Made by a program: the position numbers and the translations under genes
Shown: in pieces, positions 24,153 through 37,400 of the stretch
Layout of the letters: every line of letters starts with the position of its first letter
Position numbering within the stretch: position 1 is the stretch's first letter
Notes under the pieces: model-generated
Database searches by the model: none
Told to the model about the DNA's origin: nothing
Seen by the model: only the letters and a program-made list of their open reading frames with translations
NCBI GenBank assembly: GCA_036172245.1
Contig: JAYWIR010000094.1
Span: 124,001-188,000, forward strand
Direction: 5' to 3'
DNA: 64,000 nucleotides
Source: Raillietiella orientalis
Lineage: Eukaryota

Positions 24153-26755
24153 ACCCCAAATCCCGCAGGTAAACGATGCAAAGGGAACCGGTCGCAGAAC
24201 TCCTGGACCGACCGCTTGAAGGGTCCCAGTCCTGAAGCGTCCGCATCCTGAAGTTCCGTATGAAGGCGCGCAGATGTTTCGTTGCGTTCGGAAGCTTCAG
24301 CTAGTCCCCTGGCAGACACCACGCTAACGACTTGGGGCCTTTGTCGCGCGGATGCACTTCAAACACGATTCGGCCATGGTGCGACAGCTCGGACGGTAAC
24401 TTGCCGCGCCTGCCCACGCGAGAGCATAAATGCTGGTCAAGGTACACGTGATCGATGCTCCGTTCCATGTACGTATCTCCAGCCAACAAGTTGCACGTGT
24501 TCATTTCTGCGCACAACTCGTTGACGCGGTCGTTCAGTGTATCCGTCGCACCTGAAAGCAGGCGCAGGTTGAAGTCACCTGCGATCAGGTGCGCTTTGCG
24601 AATACCTGCTTCGATCAGCCAATCGCGTCCGAGGGCAAGGTAGAATTCTCTTGCCTTCGCCCTCAACGCGTCCTTAACGCTAGGAGCGTCCAGGTTGGTG
24701 ACGACCAGGTCGATTGAGACGGACCAGCTGAGAGTCAGCTGACCGACGCGACCGGCATCATCAAACCGTACGTCCTTTATTGCGGCCCCTATGGCTGGAC
24801 GGAGCAGGAAGGCGACACCGCTAGATTTCGCGGTAGCGCAGCGCCACAGCAGCCGTCCACCCGAGATCCGTTCGATTTCCCGGACTTGATCTGCGGAGAT
24901 CACCTGGATCTCCTGCAGCAGCACCAGGTCGAAAGATGCCAGGAAGGCGGACACGTCACGCTTCTTGCCGTCGGTGCTTAGCCAGTTGACGTTCCAGCGG
25001 GCGATCAGCAGACGAAGACGGGAGGCGATTCCCGGCATTACTGCTGGGAAGGTGGAGCTGCAGCACCTGCCGTGAGGCAGGTGTTGGGGATGTCCATGGG
25101 GACGAAGGCCTCTTCAGGCACCAAAGGCAGCTGTTCGGCCTCCACCCCCTCCATCTCCTCCGTGTCCGCGCGTGGAATTATCTCGGGCGACGGGTCCCGG
25201 GAGTTTCCCAAGCTCATCGCACCCTCGCGGCCGGAAGCCATCTCTTCCCCTTCGTCGGGGTACACGATCTTCCTAGGCTTTGTGGACTTTTGTCCGGCCT
25301 TTTTGCGGGTTGCGCTGGAGATGGAAGCTGTGTTTCCGGCCTCCACCTCAAGGTCGGAAATGAAGGAATCCTGAGAATAGGCCGGACGGTTGACGGCCTT
25401 CTTGCCAGCCTTGAGGGCGGAAGGCTGCAACGAGGCAGCCAGCTCCTCCGCGGTGCGCTCGAAGGCGACGTCATCGAGCGTGGGCACGATGACGGACGCT
25501 GCCGCCTCGCTCCCTTCCTAGTTGACTTTGTCAACGGAGGGTTGAGCAGGGGCAGCAGCGAGTTCTTTAGCGCCGCATTCGTCGATGGCGGGAATCCGCT
25601 CTACGACGACGCAGCAACTTTTGGTTTTTTCGCGGCGCGGAGCGGTTTCGCTCCGTTTCGCCACGTTCTTTTCCTTCTTAGAAGAGTTTTTCTTGGGGTC
25701 GACCTCCTGCCTCCCTGGCTCTTGACACTCGCCCTCGACCTTTTCGGCGTTTTTCGCCGGGGTCTCGGGACTGGCTTTCGCCTTGGTGACGGAGGTGACC
25801 TCCTTGGCAGCAGCACGAGCTGCCAGCTTCTTTCTTTTTTAAGCCACGGGCTTTCTCGCGTTTTTTGCAGACACGACGCGGACTGTGTCTTAGAGGCACA
25901 CCAGATAAGTGTGCCCCGCTTGTTTGCATTGCTGGCACTGCACGCTCGGACACCTCATTTTAAGGTGAACAAAGGTGCTGCAGGAGCCGCAGAACTTCAG
26001 TTTCTTCCCATACCACACGTCAACGGATTCACCGTTGACGGTGAGTTTGTGGGGAAACTCACAGCCTACGCAAACCGTCACTCGCGCTGCACCCAGGCCG
26101 GCAAGCACCCCGTCGTAAACAATAAACGGAGTAGGTTTTCCCCACATCGCGTGGACCGTTGCGAATTTTTCTAATTCGTTCCGGACGGCCTTTTTCGTCA
26201 TCCGGAACGTGATACCGGTCAGGTGAATCATCACCGACCGGTCTTCAGTAATTGGGAGAAGCTTCCGGCTGCCCATAATTACGGGGGATCGCAGAAATCA
26301 CTGCGCAAGAGTTTCCTCCTTGCAGATGAATTCTACAAATTGACCCTTGCTTCTGACGGACACAGCCAGAAGCTCATCTTTTTGTACGCCGAGAACGTGC
26401 ATCGCCTGCTAGAAAACGCGCGCGTTCTAGGGAAAATATAAACCGCCTACCTTATATAGAAGGGGTGGGTTACACCCCTCCTCTAGGTGAACCCGCATCT
26501 TCGCCATAACCGCTGGCGTAGGTGCCACAGCCACGGCGTTACCAGCCCTGGGTAGGGCCGGGGGCGCATCCGTGCTGGCGGGAGCCATCACGGATGCGAA
26601 AGTTGCCACATCCATCTCCTCCGGGGGCAATGAGGTCATCGCCCCCGGATCATCACCGGTGGTGGTATAAGGCATTGCTGCCGAATCCTCCACCCACACC
26701 ACGCACAAGCACCAACGGAAATGAAACTCACGTGCAGCAAAAAGACACGTCCGCT
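24153..26755 (-). mobile_element. Family A 5'UTR, ORF1 (ATG 26675, frameshifted) and APE (ATG 25038)
   Basis: CGSCSTFVHLKMRC/CQQCKQAGH; WNVN, LLQE, AGDFN, IDH. Confidence 0.9.
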
Positions 26756-29700
26756 CGACGCTCCAGAGCCTTTCGGATTGGGACCTTTTCAAAACTTTGG
26801 TCCGGGAGTTCTGCGAGCAGTTCCCCTTGAACCGCCTGCCCCTCGGATTTAGCAGAAGTCTTCGCAACCATCGGGCCTATTTACAGGCCCGCAGGTACGG
26901 AAGAACCCCTAATTTCCGTCGCCTGGCCAAGTACCGCGCCGGGGCCGAACGGCAAGCCTGGCAATCCGGGTCGGCCAGCTTGCTGGACAACCAGGGCCGG
27001 GAATGTTCGTCCGCGGCGTGGGTACGGCATCTCGTGCGGAGTTTTTATTCCTCCCTTTACGCCAGGGAGCCCCCGGATGAAGTCGCTTCTTGGCGCTTGC
27101 TTCCGGATGGCGCCCCGACAATAGGGGAAAAGGAGAAGTTAAGCCTCAATGAGCCTTTTACCACCTCCGAAATTCTCGCCGGTATCAAGAGGCTCAAGAA
27201 GCGTAAAGCTTCAGGGGAAGACGGCTTTCCCGCGGAGTTCTTTCAGGGCTTCGCGGAAGAGCTGGCATCCCTGCTGCTTAAGTTGATCAGGCTGATCCGA
27301 GACGAAGGCGATTTTCCCGCCTCGTTTCGGTCAGCCAGAGTAAGGCTCCTTCCGAAAGGGGGAGACCTCAGGGATTTAAAGAACTGGCGTCCGATCACGA
27401 TCGTGAATACGGACGTCAAGTTGATAGCAGGGCTATGAGCTTCGCGTCTGGAGCAGGTGGCAGAATCCATAATTAGCCCGAAGGAAAATTATGCTGTTTC
27501 CGGGCGAAGTATGGATGCCAACCTCTTCTTTGCAAGCACATCGATGCACCTGCCGAGGAGAGAGAAGAAAGGGAGAGGGAAAATAGGCAATTCCACATTA
27601 GGTCCGCCAGCTGGGCTAAGAAAAGACCCCCAGGCGGAGAAGGGGGCCCTAGCGCTCGCAGTCGATCTCCACAGGGTGTTCGACTGTGTAGACCGGGAAT
27701 CTCTACTTGGAGCTGCTTGGTCGCATGGGCTTCCCACCCTCACTGATTCCCTACTTGCGCTCCTGCTGTCGGAATGCGATGACTACTATCTCTTTCAGCA
27801 GTCAGGAGGTGTATGGTGCGCCTGTGCGGCGTGGCATAAGGCAGGGAGATAGCCTCATTCTCCTGCTCTTTAGCACCTACTTTGAGTTGGTGCTGAGAGC
27901 GTACAGGGTGACTTTGTCTCCCTTGCCGAGCTCGTTCCCCGGCACGCCCGCCGTAGTAGCATATGCCAACGATCTTCTGCTCTTGTTGCCGATGTCCATC
28001 TCGGCAGCGGCAGTGGAGAGCTTCTCTGATCTGCTTAGCCGTAGGGCCGGGCTACAGGTAAACGGGGCGAAGTCGTCGGTGGTGCCAGTAGGTGCGGCGT
28101 GCGCAGGGCAGCAGGACTGGGTCCGTCTGGGTGTTCCCACGGCGAGGTGCTTGAAGTACCTTGGTGTGCCGTTGGGGGACTACTCCCCTGCGGAAGCGTG
28201 GTCCAGCTGCCTCCAAAAAGTCGAGACGGCGATCGGCCCGTTCCTGGAAGGCAAATTTCACTTGCCGGAACGGGTCGCGGTTTGGAACGCCTTCGTGGCT
28301 CTCATCCTCCGCCCCTAGATTTTTGTTGTCTTCACCACTGTAGAATCGGAGCAGAGGACAAAGGACCTCCTCCCTATCGTTCTTTGGGGAAGGGGGGGCC
28401 CCAAGTCCCGTTGAAGGACTTATGCGCTCCGCGTCGGGATGGCGGTCTTGGCCTTTTGACGCTGGAACGCGTGGAGAAGCAGCTGCGATGGTGCACCCTC
28501 GCCATCGTAGCAAAGATGTGGAGCACCCCTTGGTGCACTCCTGCCCGCCACCTGGCCAGCCGTGTGTCCCGGTGCGATGAACTCGCGTCTTTTCTTCTGA
28601 GCCGTGGCCGGAAGATGCGAAGGTGCGGCCAACTGCTCGGGCGCATGGCAACCCTGGCCAGAGAGAAGAGCTGGATGGTTTGCTGCTCCGCCAACTCCCC
28701 CGTCTGGCTGGAGGAGAACATCGGAACGTGGGCAGTCGTAAACCACCAGCCACGAGACGTGGAATCATCTCCAATGCAGTTTCTGCGCCCGCTGCAGGCT
28801 GCGAGATCACGTGGAGAGTCCAGCAAGATGCATGTGGACAGAGACGACCTGCCTGTCTACGGCGCTGCCCTTTTTGAGTAGGGCGCTTTACAGCAGCCGG
28901 ACACCAAGGTGGCAAGTCTCCTGCTGCGCCGAGGGACGGGAGAAGATGATGAGCGGCTGTACCATGGGTGAACTGGCGGATGCCACGAATCCGAGCGTCC
29001 AGCCGAGACGAATTTTGAGATATGACGAGCTGCTCGTCATCCCGTTGGATGAGCTAAAGTAGCCCCCAGTGATGAAGAAAGAATCCAGGATTCTGCCCCT
29101 TAAGTGGCAAGAGTCGGCGTTGCTCCTGTCGCACTGGGGTCTACCTTGCAACGCACGCTGCTTCCACTGGACAAGCGGAGCTGTGGATCCTGCGTGTGCC
29201 AGGTGCGGGGTGCGGGAGTCGCTCTTACACCTTATTGTGGACTGTGCTGCCCACTAATTCCTCTGGGAACGGTTCGGCAAGACATTCGGGCTCCCTACGG
29301 TCAGCCCCTTCAGAGACGTTTTCCGGCTTCTCTTCGTGCGTGACGCTCTGCAGCCAGCCGCAACCCTCGCAGCCCTGTGCTGCGTCCGAGGCATTGTGGC
29401 GACCTGGACGGACGCCAACAGCGATGACCGCGACACGAACGAGAGAGAAGTCATCCCGTATGCTGTAGGCTTTATACGGAGAGCTGCTCGATACTTCCAC
29501 CTGGGAAATATGCGGACACACCTCGAGGGCTTCATTCCATGGATGGGCACTGCTCACAGCGTCCAGTGATCCCTTCGCTTCCCTCCAAACTCTTTTCGTT
29601 TGTTTTTTCCTTCTATTTTTCTTTTTGTTTTTCCGCCATCCCCTTTTGCTGTCAGGGAGTGCCACGACGGGCTGCTTCCCGGTGTCCCGACAGGTCCCGT

Positions 29701-29776
29701 GTCTAAGGCCACAGTGGGGCCTTATACCACGTATGTGAGTTTTTCGAATAAACGCCCCGGGCGCACCCGGGTGATA
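26756..29776 (+). mobile_element. Family A ORF2 (linker, RT, C-terminus) and 3'UTR
   Basis: RT motifs; CARCGVRESLLHLIVDC; close inverted copy at 61357-64000. Confidence 0.92.
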
Positions 29777-31385
29777 ACGCCCCGAGCGGTTTTGCCAGGT
29801 ACCAGGAACGTGCGGCGTTCCTGGAAACCCTGAAGTGCAACTGGCTGGTGGAAGCGAACGTGCGCTGGGCTCACCTGATTGCTGGCGATTTCAACCTGCG
29901 CCTAGGAGAAGCACTGGGTGTTGCCCCCCAGGAACTTACAATCCCTCCTAAATGTTTGGACGGTTCATTGATTCCCCTTGCATAGAAGCAAGACGTCTTG
30001 CTCTTCTTACACTGCGGCTTGCGCTACAACGAGCGGCAGCACCGAGTTTCCGGTGGGGTGGCTTCTCCCTACTGTGCCCGGTGCGGGGCGACGGAGTCGT
30101 TCCCGCACCTTGTTATGGACTGCGTTGCCCTCCAAAAACTCTGGCGGAGGCCAGCAGCAGCTCTTTCGCTTCCGGGGGACACCGCTCGAGAAGTGCTGCG
30201 ACGGTTCTTCCAGCCACAAGGACTTTCAATGGCTGCGACGATCTCCACTGTTGGTTGCATGCGAGCCATCGTCACGGTCCGAGACATGCTGGAGAACAAT
30301 GGACAGCAATGTTGTGTTACCAGGAAGGCAGCCGACTTCATCAGGTCGGCAGCAGGGTGGCGAAACTTATGGGAAGACACAACGGAGCAGCTAACCGGTA
30401 TCCATCGCCGGATGAGAAACGGGTTAGAACGACGAACCCGGTGATCCGCCCTCACTTTATTTTTAATTGATTTTTTTTGTTTGCTCTCGCATCCTTCACC
30501 CTATACTCTCCGCAGAGGTTTTGGTGCTGAAACTTATGAGTTTCTTGGTGACAGCGGAGCGTCGGCAAAGTTCTCTGGCCCACTCCTCCAGTTTCAAAAT
30601 TTTTTTTTTTTTTTGGACTACCCTCAGTCGTTTGTGTTCTTCCGTTTCCCTGGCCTGCGTGCCAGTGGTGAATCTCCGCTGCATGTCTACATAGTTGTGG
30701 GCTGGAAGCAACTGTTTCTAGCTCGTTTATATAAATAAACGTCCCGGCGTGACTGGGTAAAAAATTTCAACCTGCGCCTGCTCCCAGGTGATGCTCACGC
30801 ACAGGAGCGGACAGCCAACGATCTGTGCGCTGCCATGCGCACGCGCAACTTGTTGGGAGATCTCCCAGGAATGGCCAACAGCATCGACCCTTGTTTTCTG
30901 GATGCTGACCTGTGTCGACGGGTCGGCAATCGGTGAGAGTTGCTGTCGGACCATTCCAGGTTAATTATCGAGGAGTGCCCGCGCGACAAGGGACCCCCTT
31001 CCAGGGCGTGGCGGCTAGCTGGGGACTGGACGCGACTCTCAGGTGCGAATGAACTCCTTCGCCAATTTATGAGAGGCGTCACCCTCCGGAATCTCGCTGA
31101 CTGGGACCTTTTTAAGGCCTCGGTCCGCGAGTTCTGCGAGGAGATCCTCTTGCAGCGCCTGCCCCCCGGATTTGGGAAGAAGGCTCGCAACCATACGGCC
31201 TATTTACAGGCCCGTTGGTACGAGAGGACCGCCAATGTCCGTCGCCTGGCCGAATATCGAGCCGGGGACGAGCGCCAAGCCTGGCAATCCGGGTCGCCCA
31301 GCCTGCAGGACGACCAGAGTAGGGAGCACTTGGCCCCGCCTGCGAGAAGGCACCTCGTGCGGTGTTATTATTCCTCCCTCTACGT
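29777..31385 (+). mobile_element. Family A APE/linker fragment split by the 29904-30763 insertion
   Basis: APSG...AHLIAGDFNLRL resumes at 30764 with FNLRLL...LSDH...YYSSLY. Confidence 0.85.
29904..30763 (+). mobile_element. 860-bp 5'-truncated family A copy with 16-bp target-site duplication
   Basis: atttcaacctgcgcct at 29888-29903 and 30764-30779; CARCGATESFPHLVMDC. Confidence 0.92.
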
Positions 31386-32380
31386 TGCCTTCCGGTCACG
31401 CCGGGGCATCTATTGTAAACTCTGTTTACAATTTGTGGTACTAAGTCCCACTACGGCCAACTCAACAGGACCTGCCGGGTCGCCGGTACGCAGACCGGCG
31501 CAACTCTCCTCAGCAGCGAAAGGGGGTGGGGAAAAACAAAAAGAAAAATAAAACATAAAAACAAAAAGAAGTTAAAGAGCGGGGAAGGGATCACAATCCA
31601 CTGGGAGGAGGGTCTACCCTTTCCTAGGATGCCCTCGAGGTCCGTCCGAATGATTCCCAGGTGGGGCCATCTGGTTGCAAGCCGCAGTTAGCGGACTGCG
31701 AGTTCGACGGCACCTCTCTCATGGCTCGGTTTTCTGTAATCGCTCCAGCTCGTCACGATCCCTCGGATGCAGCAGAGTGCTGCCAGGGCGGCGGCTGGTC
31801 GCAGGGCATCCTGCGCAAAAGGAAACCGAAAAACTTCTCAGGGCTGGCTGCCCTCCTGCAGCCGTAGGGAGGTACGAAGACGCTCCCACAGGGGTCGGAG
31901 GGCAGCACAATCAACAAGGAGGTGGGGGAGGGTTTTCCGCTCTCCATACCTGATGCAGGTGGGATTCACTCGACCCCTAGTCCAATGGTGGCGGCGTGCG
32001 TTGCAGGCTAGACCCCAATGCAACAGCAGAAGCGCCGACTCCTGCCACTTCAGGTGGAGGATCCTCGATCCAATAAAATCCGGGGGCCACATCAGGTCAT
32101 CCATCGGGATTCCGAGCAGCTCTCCCCATCTCTTTAAACCACGCGGGAGGGCACTTCGGGTAGTGGCATCGGCCATCTGCGCCGTGGTCCAGCCGCTTGA
32201 CTTCTTCACTCTGCCTGCGATTGGGCAGTAGACTTGCCACCTAGGCGTGCGGCTGCTGGAGAGCGCCCTCCTCAGGAAGGGCATCGCCGTAGCTAGGGAC
32301 GTGGTCTCGGCCCACGTGCACCGGTCGGTACATTGCAAGAAGGTTCGCAGGCTGCAGCGGGCACGGTTGTAAAATCGCAG
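31386..32380 (-). mobile_element. Family A 3' fragment
   Basis: LKWQESALLLLHWGL...LPHLLVDC; end AATAGATGCCCCGGCGTGACCGG. Confidence 0.85.
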
Positions 32381-32880
32381 GCAGTTTGTGTGGTCGAAGT
32401 TTTCCTCCGTTATCTGATCTAAGAGATCCATTGAATTTGACGCTGCACGGATCACAAGTTCTTGTTCTTTTAGCTTCCAAAGAACCATGCAGCAGCCGTT
32501 TACGCGCAGAACGGTTAGTTTTGCGATCGAAGTTGGATGCGCACAGCGGATAGGGATATATCAAGGCTTCGGGCAGGGTAGGGAGGCTTCCTAATCGGAA
32601 GGAAAACACACACTTGTGTGACGCTGGTTTGAAATCAAGTAGGTTCACTGCAAAGTCGCATTGGTCGCAGAAGGAGAGTGTCAGCTGCGAGGTTACATAT
32701 GAATTCAGGATAAGTGGTTTTTGTTATTACGCGGTTGTGCCGTTCTTTAGCTGAAGACGCAAACTTGCAACCAGGAATGGGGCATGGGGATGGTAAGGGA
32801 AATGCACAAGTACAAATGTCTGTCTGCTTCAAGGAAAGGCAAGATATTCGGAGATTATTGTTGGTCATTTTGCAGCACGT
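32380..32880 (-). mobile_element. Decayed zinc-finger N-terminus, probably of a NeSL/Utopia-like element
   Basis: CPIPGCKF...NHL...CDQCDF...HKC; Cys/His spacing resembles the fingers at 35950-36270. Confidence 0.45.
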
Positions 32881-33269
32881 TATCGTAGATTCTTTTTTAT
32901 TAGTAAATTTTTATAACGTCATTATATACATTGTTTCTCTTTCCACAGGGCGTTTACAGAATAGAAGAGAATAAAGTAAATTGTAAAAGTTCAAAACAAA
33001 AAGTGACACATTTTATTTTCACTTTTGCACACAAGGGGAGAAATTATTGAGTACACATTGATCCGTAGGTAGATCACAAGGATGCAAGGATGGCTACACT
33101 CTGACTGAGGAGAGATTCGAGAACAGCATCATTGGTTGCGCATGGATGGTTGATGAGGACAAATTGTTGTGTAGGAGATATCTGAGGAAACTCTATCACG
33201 GATTAAGGGGGAGGGAAGTCGGGGAGAAGGGTGATGAGGGCAAATTGTACCACACTGGATGGGGTTCTG

Positions 33270-33850
33270 CTATCCTGGACAGAGTGGTTAATGCAGTTGT
33301 TCCTGTACCACTTGATAGCCTGGTGGGAAGCGGAAGGGGCAATTTGCTTCACAGCCCGACTTGATTCACCTGGGAGTCCCCACGGGCAGGTACTAAGGGT
33401 ACCTGCCCGTGGGGACTGCCGTTTGGCGACTCCTGAGCTGCTGGGGCGTGGTCGGACCGCCTTCAAAAGGCAGACCATGCTCTTTCCCCGTTCCTCCGTC
33501 TCAAGTGCCTCTTGGCGGAACGGGAGGCCATCTAAAACAGCTTGGTTCTTCCGACCCTTGTTCTTTGTTTCTCTAACCCTGGCAATCAAGATGATTCGGG
33601 CGGCGTTCGAAAGCAGCCTAGCACTGCCGCCCGCATTGCACGACGTATTTGTTCGGGCACTTAGGATCGACTGAACCATGCTCAAAGGGTGTTCGCATGA
33701 AACCCTTCTCCACATCATACCTCCAGGATCTCACTGGAGTATTTGCTACTACCACCAAGCTCTCCGCCGACGGCGGCTCCAGGCGAGCTCGCGTACAAAC
33801 CCTTCTGCGCGCACCGTCGCGACCCTTCTACTCGCCGGAACCTGAGTGAC
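33270..33850 (+). mobile_element. Highly diverged family A-like RT C-terminal fragment
   Basis: AVVPV, IHLGVPTGRY, LPFGD..AWSDRLQKADHALSPF, SRISL...ADGG. Confidence 0.7.
33375..33417. repeat. Perfect 19-bp inverted repeat with 5-nt loop
   Basis: agtccccacgggcaggtac-taagg-gtacctgcccgtggggact. Confidence 0.97.
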
Positions 33851-34479
33851 CTGTCGTTCCTGCCGGAATAAAATGCAACGCTTCCTGTGTTTCAACTTTC
33901 TTCCGAGACTCTGTACGAAAATCGGAGCGAAATGCTCGGAATGCAGACACCTTGGTCATGGATGTGCGAGCTATTTCGCCTCATTAGCACTCCTGATCTA
34001 CAGATCTGATATAATATAAGCGGATATATAGGTGAAACCTAATGATATCTGTCACTTTATCATTTTTTGCAGCACTTATGGAGAAAGCACCAGGCACTGT
34101 GAAGCACTAGCGTCCAAGTGACTTTTCAGAGCAATCTGAAACGCAGGGACCTTTTCTGCCAGCAACTTCTCGTGTAACTTCTTACGCAGCTCCGCAAGCG
34201 TTATATGGTAATAACTATATCCAGTGAACTGCCAACTTGTCGTATTCCTTGAGATGGTCCCTGCAATTCGTGTTGGATTAAGTGAATTGGTTGCCAATTT
34301 TATTTTTCCGTTATACATTATTTTGGTTTTCTCTTCATTATGGCCTATTATATTTTATTAAGTTTGTTTTTGTTCTTTTTCTTTCGTTATTGATTGGTAT
34401 TTTTGTGTTCACCTGTAATGCTTTCTCATAAATGAGTATTTGTAAGATGGTAGATCTAGAGCATAATCCTCCCCCCTTC

Positions 34480-37400
34480 TTGTTTTCTTGACTGTGGAAT
34501 CTCCTTACATATTCATGGAGAGCACAATACATCCCCGGAATTCCTTGAGGCTATTGCAAATTTTGAACGTAACAAGGAGGCCTCCCAACCTCTTCCAGAC
34601 GAAATTTGTCGGTTGCCTCCGCAAGCTGAGGTTGGTGAAATCCCTGTCGGAGTCCTCCCTTCCCTTGCAATTTGTCCTTTTTCGTCTAGCGCTCCTTCCC
34701 CTTCGGTGCCTGTCTCATATGCAGACATTTTAAAGAAAACTCCTGTGGTGAAGATCAGCAAGCTTCCCGATTCTTCTTCCTTGTTTCGTTCCCTCGATGT
34801 CCGCCTCAATGGCTCCCGCATCAAGCCTTGGCTGTCCATCATTCGCAAGGTCTCATCTAGCGTAGACCTGTCCTGCGTTATCAAAAAGATCTCCTTGTCT
34901 TTCCTCAAAAAGGTCTCCCTGACTTCCTTCAACTCCTCGTCATCCTTACCGACGCCTGTCCAAGAAAACTTTGTTTCTCCGCCCACTAGTTCTGCAATCC
35001 CTGTAGTATCTCTGTCACCTCCGGGAAAGCCATCTCACCATGTTGTGTCGCCTTCTTAAATCATTCAACAGCCTCTCTTGCACTCTCCTAAATTAAATTC
35101 ATTTAACGTACCTAAACCCACAAGTTTGAACGCTCCTTTAGTAAGATTTAAACCTCTTAAGCAGGTACGCTTTTCTGATCCGAATAGTAACACCTGTGGA
35201 CATTCCTTTCTTCGTTCCTCTAATGGAGATTCTAAATCGGCGTTCCACGCTCTGTCGACTCATGCTTCCACGTTGTCTAGATGTAATGTGGTAACACCTA
35301 CCTTGAATTTTTGCGATTGGCTCCCATTTTTAATAATGACTTGGCATTGACTTCTAACCAGGAACTACCATTTCGATTTCGTGTTGCTCCCGAGATGAAA
35401 TGTATTATTTCTTTCTGCCCTTTTTTCGTCAACGCAACTTTGAAAGCTACTTTGGTCCAGAGCCTGAAGCAACACCTTTTATCTTGTCACAATCTTTTCT
35501 GTCAAAAGCACTTCCTCGTTTGCAGAAATTGCAATGATAAATGACAATTGCCAGAAATTGATATCTTTCCCTGAGAAACATATCAATTGCTGGCAAGCCA
35601 TTGTGACAGTGTGGAAAAGGTCTTTTTTGATGAGCCGCACTCGTCCCATAAAGGTTCCCAGTTCTTCCACTCGTGCCAACTCAGTTGCCACGTTTCCACT
35701 GGCTCCTGTTGCTGACGACGTCCGTCCTCCGACTTCCATCCTTAATTATCTTAGGGTGTTTACTTCTTCAATTTGTTCTCCCTAAACTATGGTTCATCTA
35801 CCTGAGCGAAGTCCGTCGCCTGCTTTTCAAAATGCCCTTCCTCGAAATTTCACCCTTCCCTTAACTAGCCTTCCGTTTTCTCCTATTGAAAATGATGACA
35901 TAATCCTCACTCAAAACAACCACTCGCATGTTAAATCTCCAGTGAACAGTGCTTTGAAGTGTGTTATCTCCTCGTGCAACTGGTTCACCAAAACCATGGA
36001 GCCGAAGAGAACTCGTAGTTCTTCAAAAAGACATAAGATTTCTTATAAACTCCCGTTTCGTATCCATGATCTTCTGTGCCGGAAATGTGAATCTAACATT
36101 ACTTTGCCGACGCAGCACCATGCCTGTTTTAAAAATAATCGGAAGCCATCGCCTCCTTTCGCCAACCTCACTCCCTCTACCTTCAAATGTTCCCACCAAA
36201 ACTGTTCTTCCTCCTTTGCACCTTTAAGGGGTCTACTAAATCACCTCCGATGGCATAAAAGGATTCTCGGGAAAGCAAAGTTAAGGAATGTTTAACTTAG
36301 TGCTGTCTCTGAACCTCTACCTCTTTCGAATCGATTTTCAGCTTTGGAAATAGAAGATACTCCACTATCTGTTCCTGGGTTGGCTGTACCTTCTCCTCCT
36401 TCTCTCGAAAAACTCTCAAGTCCTATAGTTTCGAAACCTGCTCTTGCTCGCTCACCACTTGATCGGCATTTCCCATCTTCATTTGAAAGTGTTCCCCATG
36501 ACAGGTCTTTGAGTTGTTCCCCACCGCAACATTTGTTAGATCCCTTTATTCCTGCTTTCCAATGGTCTAATAGGGTGACACCTTCCGGGGAGTCGTGACA
36601 GATTACTATGGACACTCTTTCTGAAGTAATTTCTACGATCCAGTCCAGATATCACACCCAACCTTATTCCTTTAGGCTTCAGAGCCGTACCCGGACAACT
36701 CCGAGCGCTAAAACACCTCAAAATCTGTATAGGCGTAATAAGAAGCTTGCCATTTGATCCATCCTCCAGCCTAATCCTGTTTCTTACTGTGGTCCTGCTG
36801 AGGCAGTATTTGCTCATTTTTCCGAGGAATTTTTTTTTAAGGAAAATTTTCCTTAAGGTTCTTCTTCGACTCCCTTTTCTTTCACGTATCTCCTAGTATA
36901 CTCAATCTTTCCCCTGTTACCCTTGATTAGGTCCTTTTTGCTTTAAAATTCTCGGCCAACTCCACTCCTGGTGCTGACGGAATTCCCTATTCCGCTGTCC
37001 AAAAGGCCGACCCATCTGGAAAATGTTTTCCAGCGTTGTTTAGTGCGTGTCTGCGACAAAAACGGATTCCCCAAAGTTGGAAAACATCCAGGACTGTTTT
37101 GATCCCCAAAGCTGGGTCCCTATCCTCTGAAGATCTATTCCAGTTTCGACCTATCGCTCTCAGCTTCACCTTGGAAAACTATATTTTAAAATTTTAGCCA
37201 CAAGAGTGCGCTCTTGGATTCTTGAAAATTCAATTCTGGGTCCGCACCAAAAAGGTTTCCTTCCTTTTGATGGCGTCCTTAAACAGAACTTCCTTCTTGC
37301 ATCACTATTGGAGAGGTGTAGAGTGCATCATGGAAATCTTTGCATCTGTTGGCAAGGATGCCTTCAAGGATGCCTTTTCTTCTGTTCCCCATGCCCTCAT

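Noticed and set aside
23069..24322. 417-aa antisense ORF and similar ones (28052-28915, 49220-49930, 50676-51554)
   Set aside because: Shadow ORFs of GC-rich coding sequence, one crossing an insertion junction; no motifs
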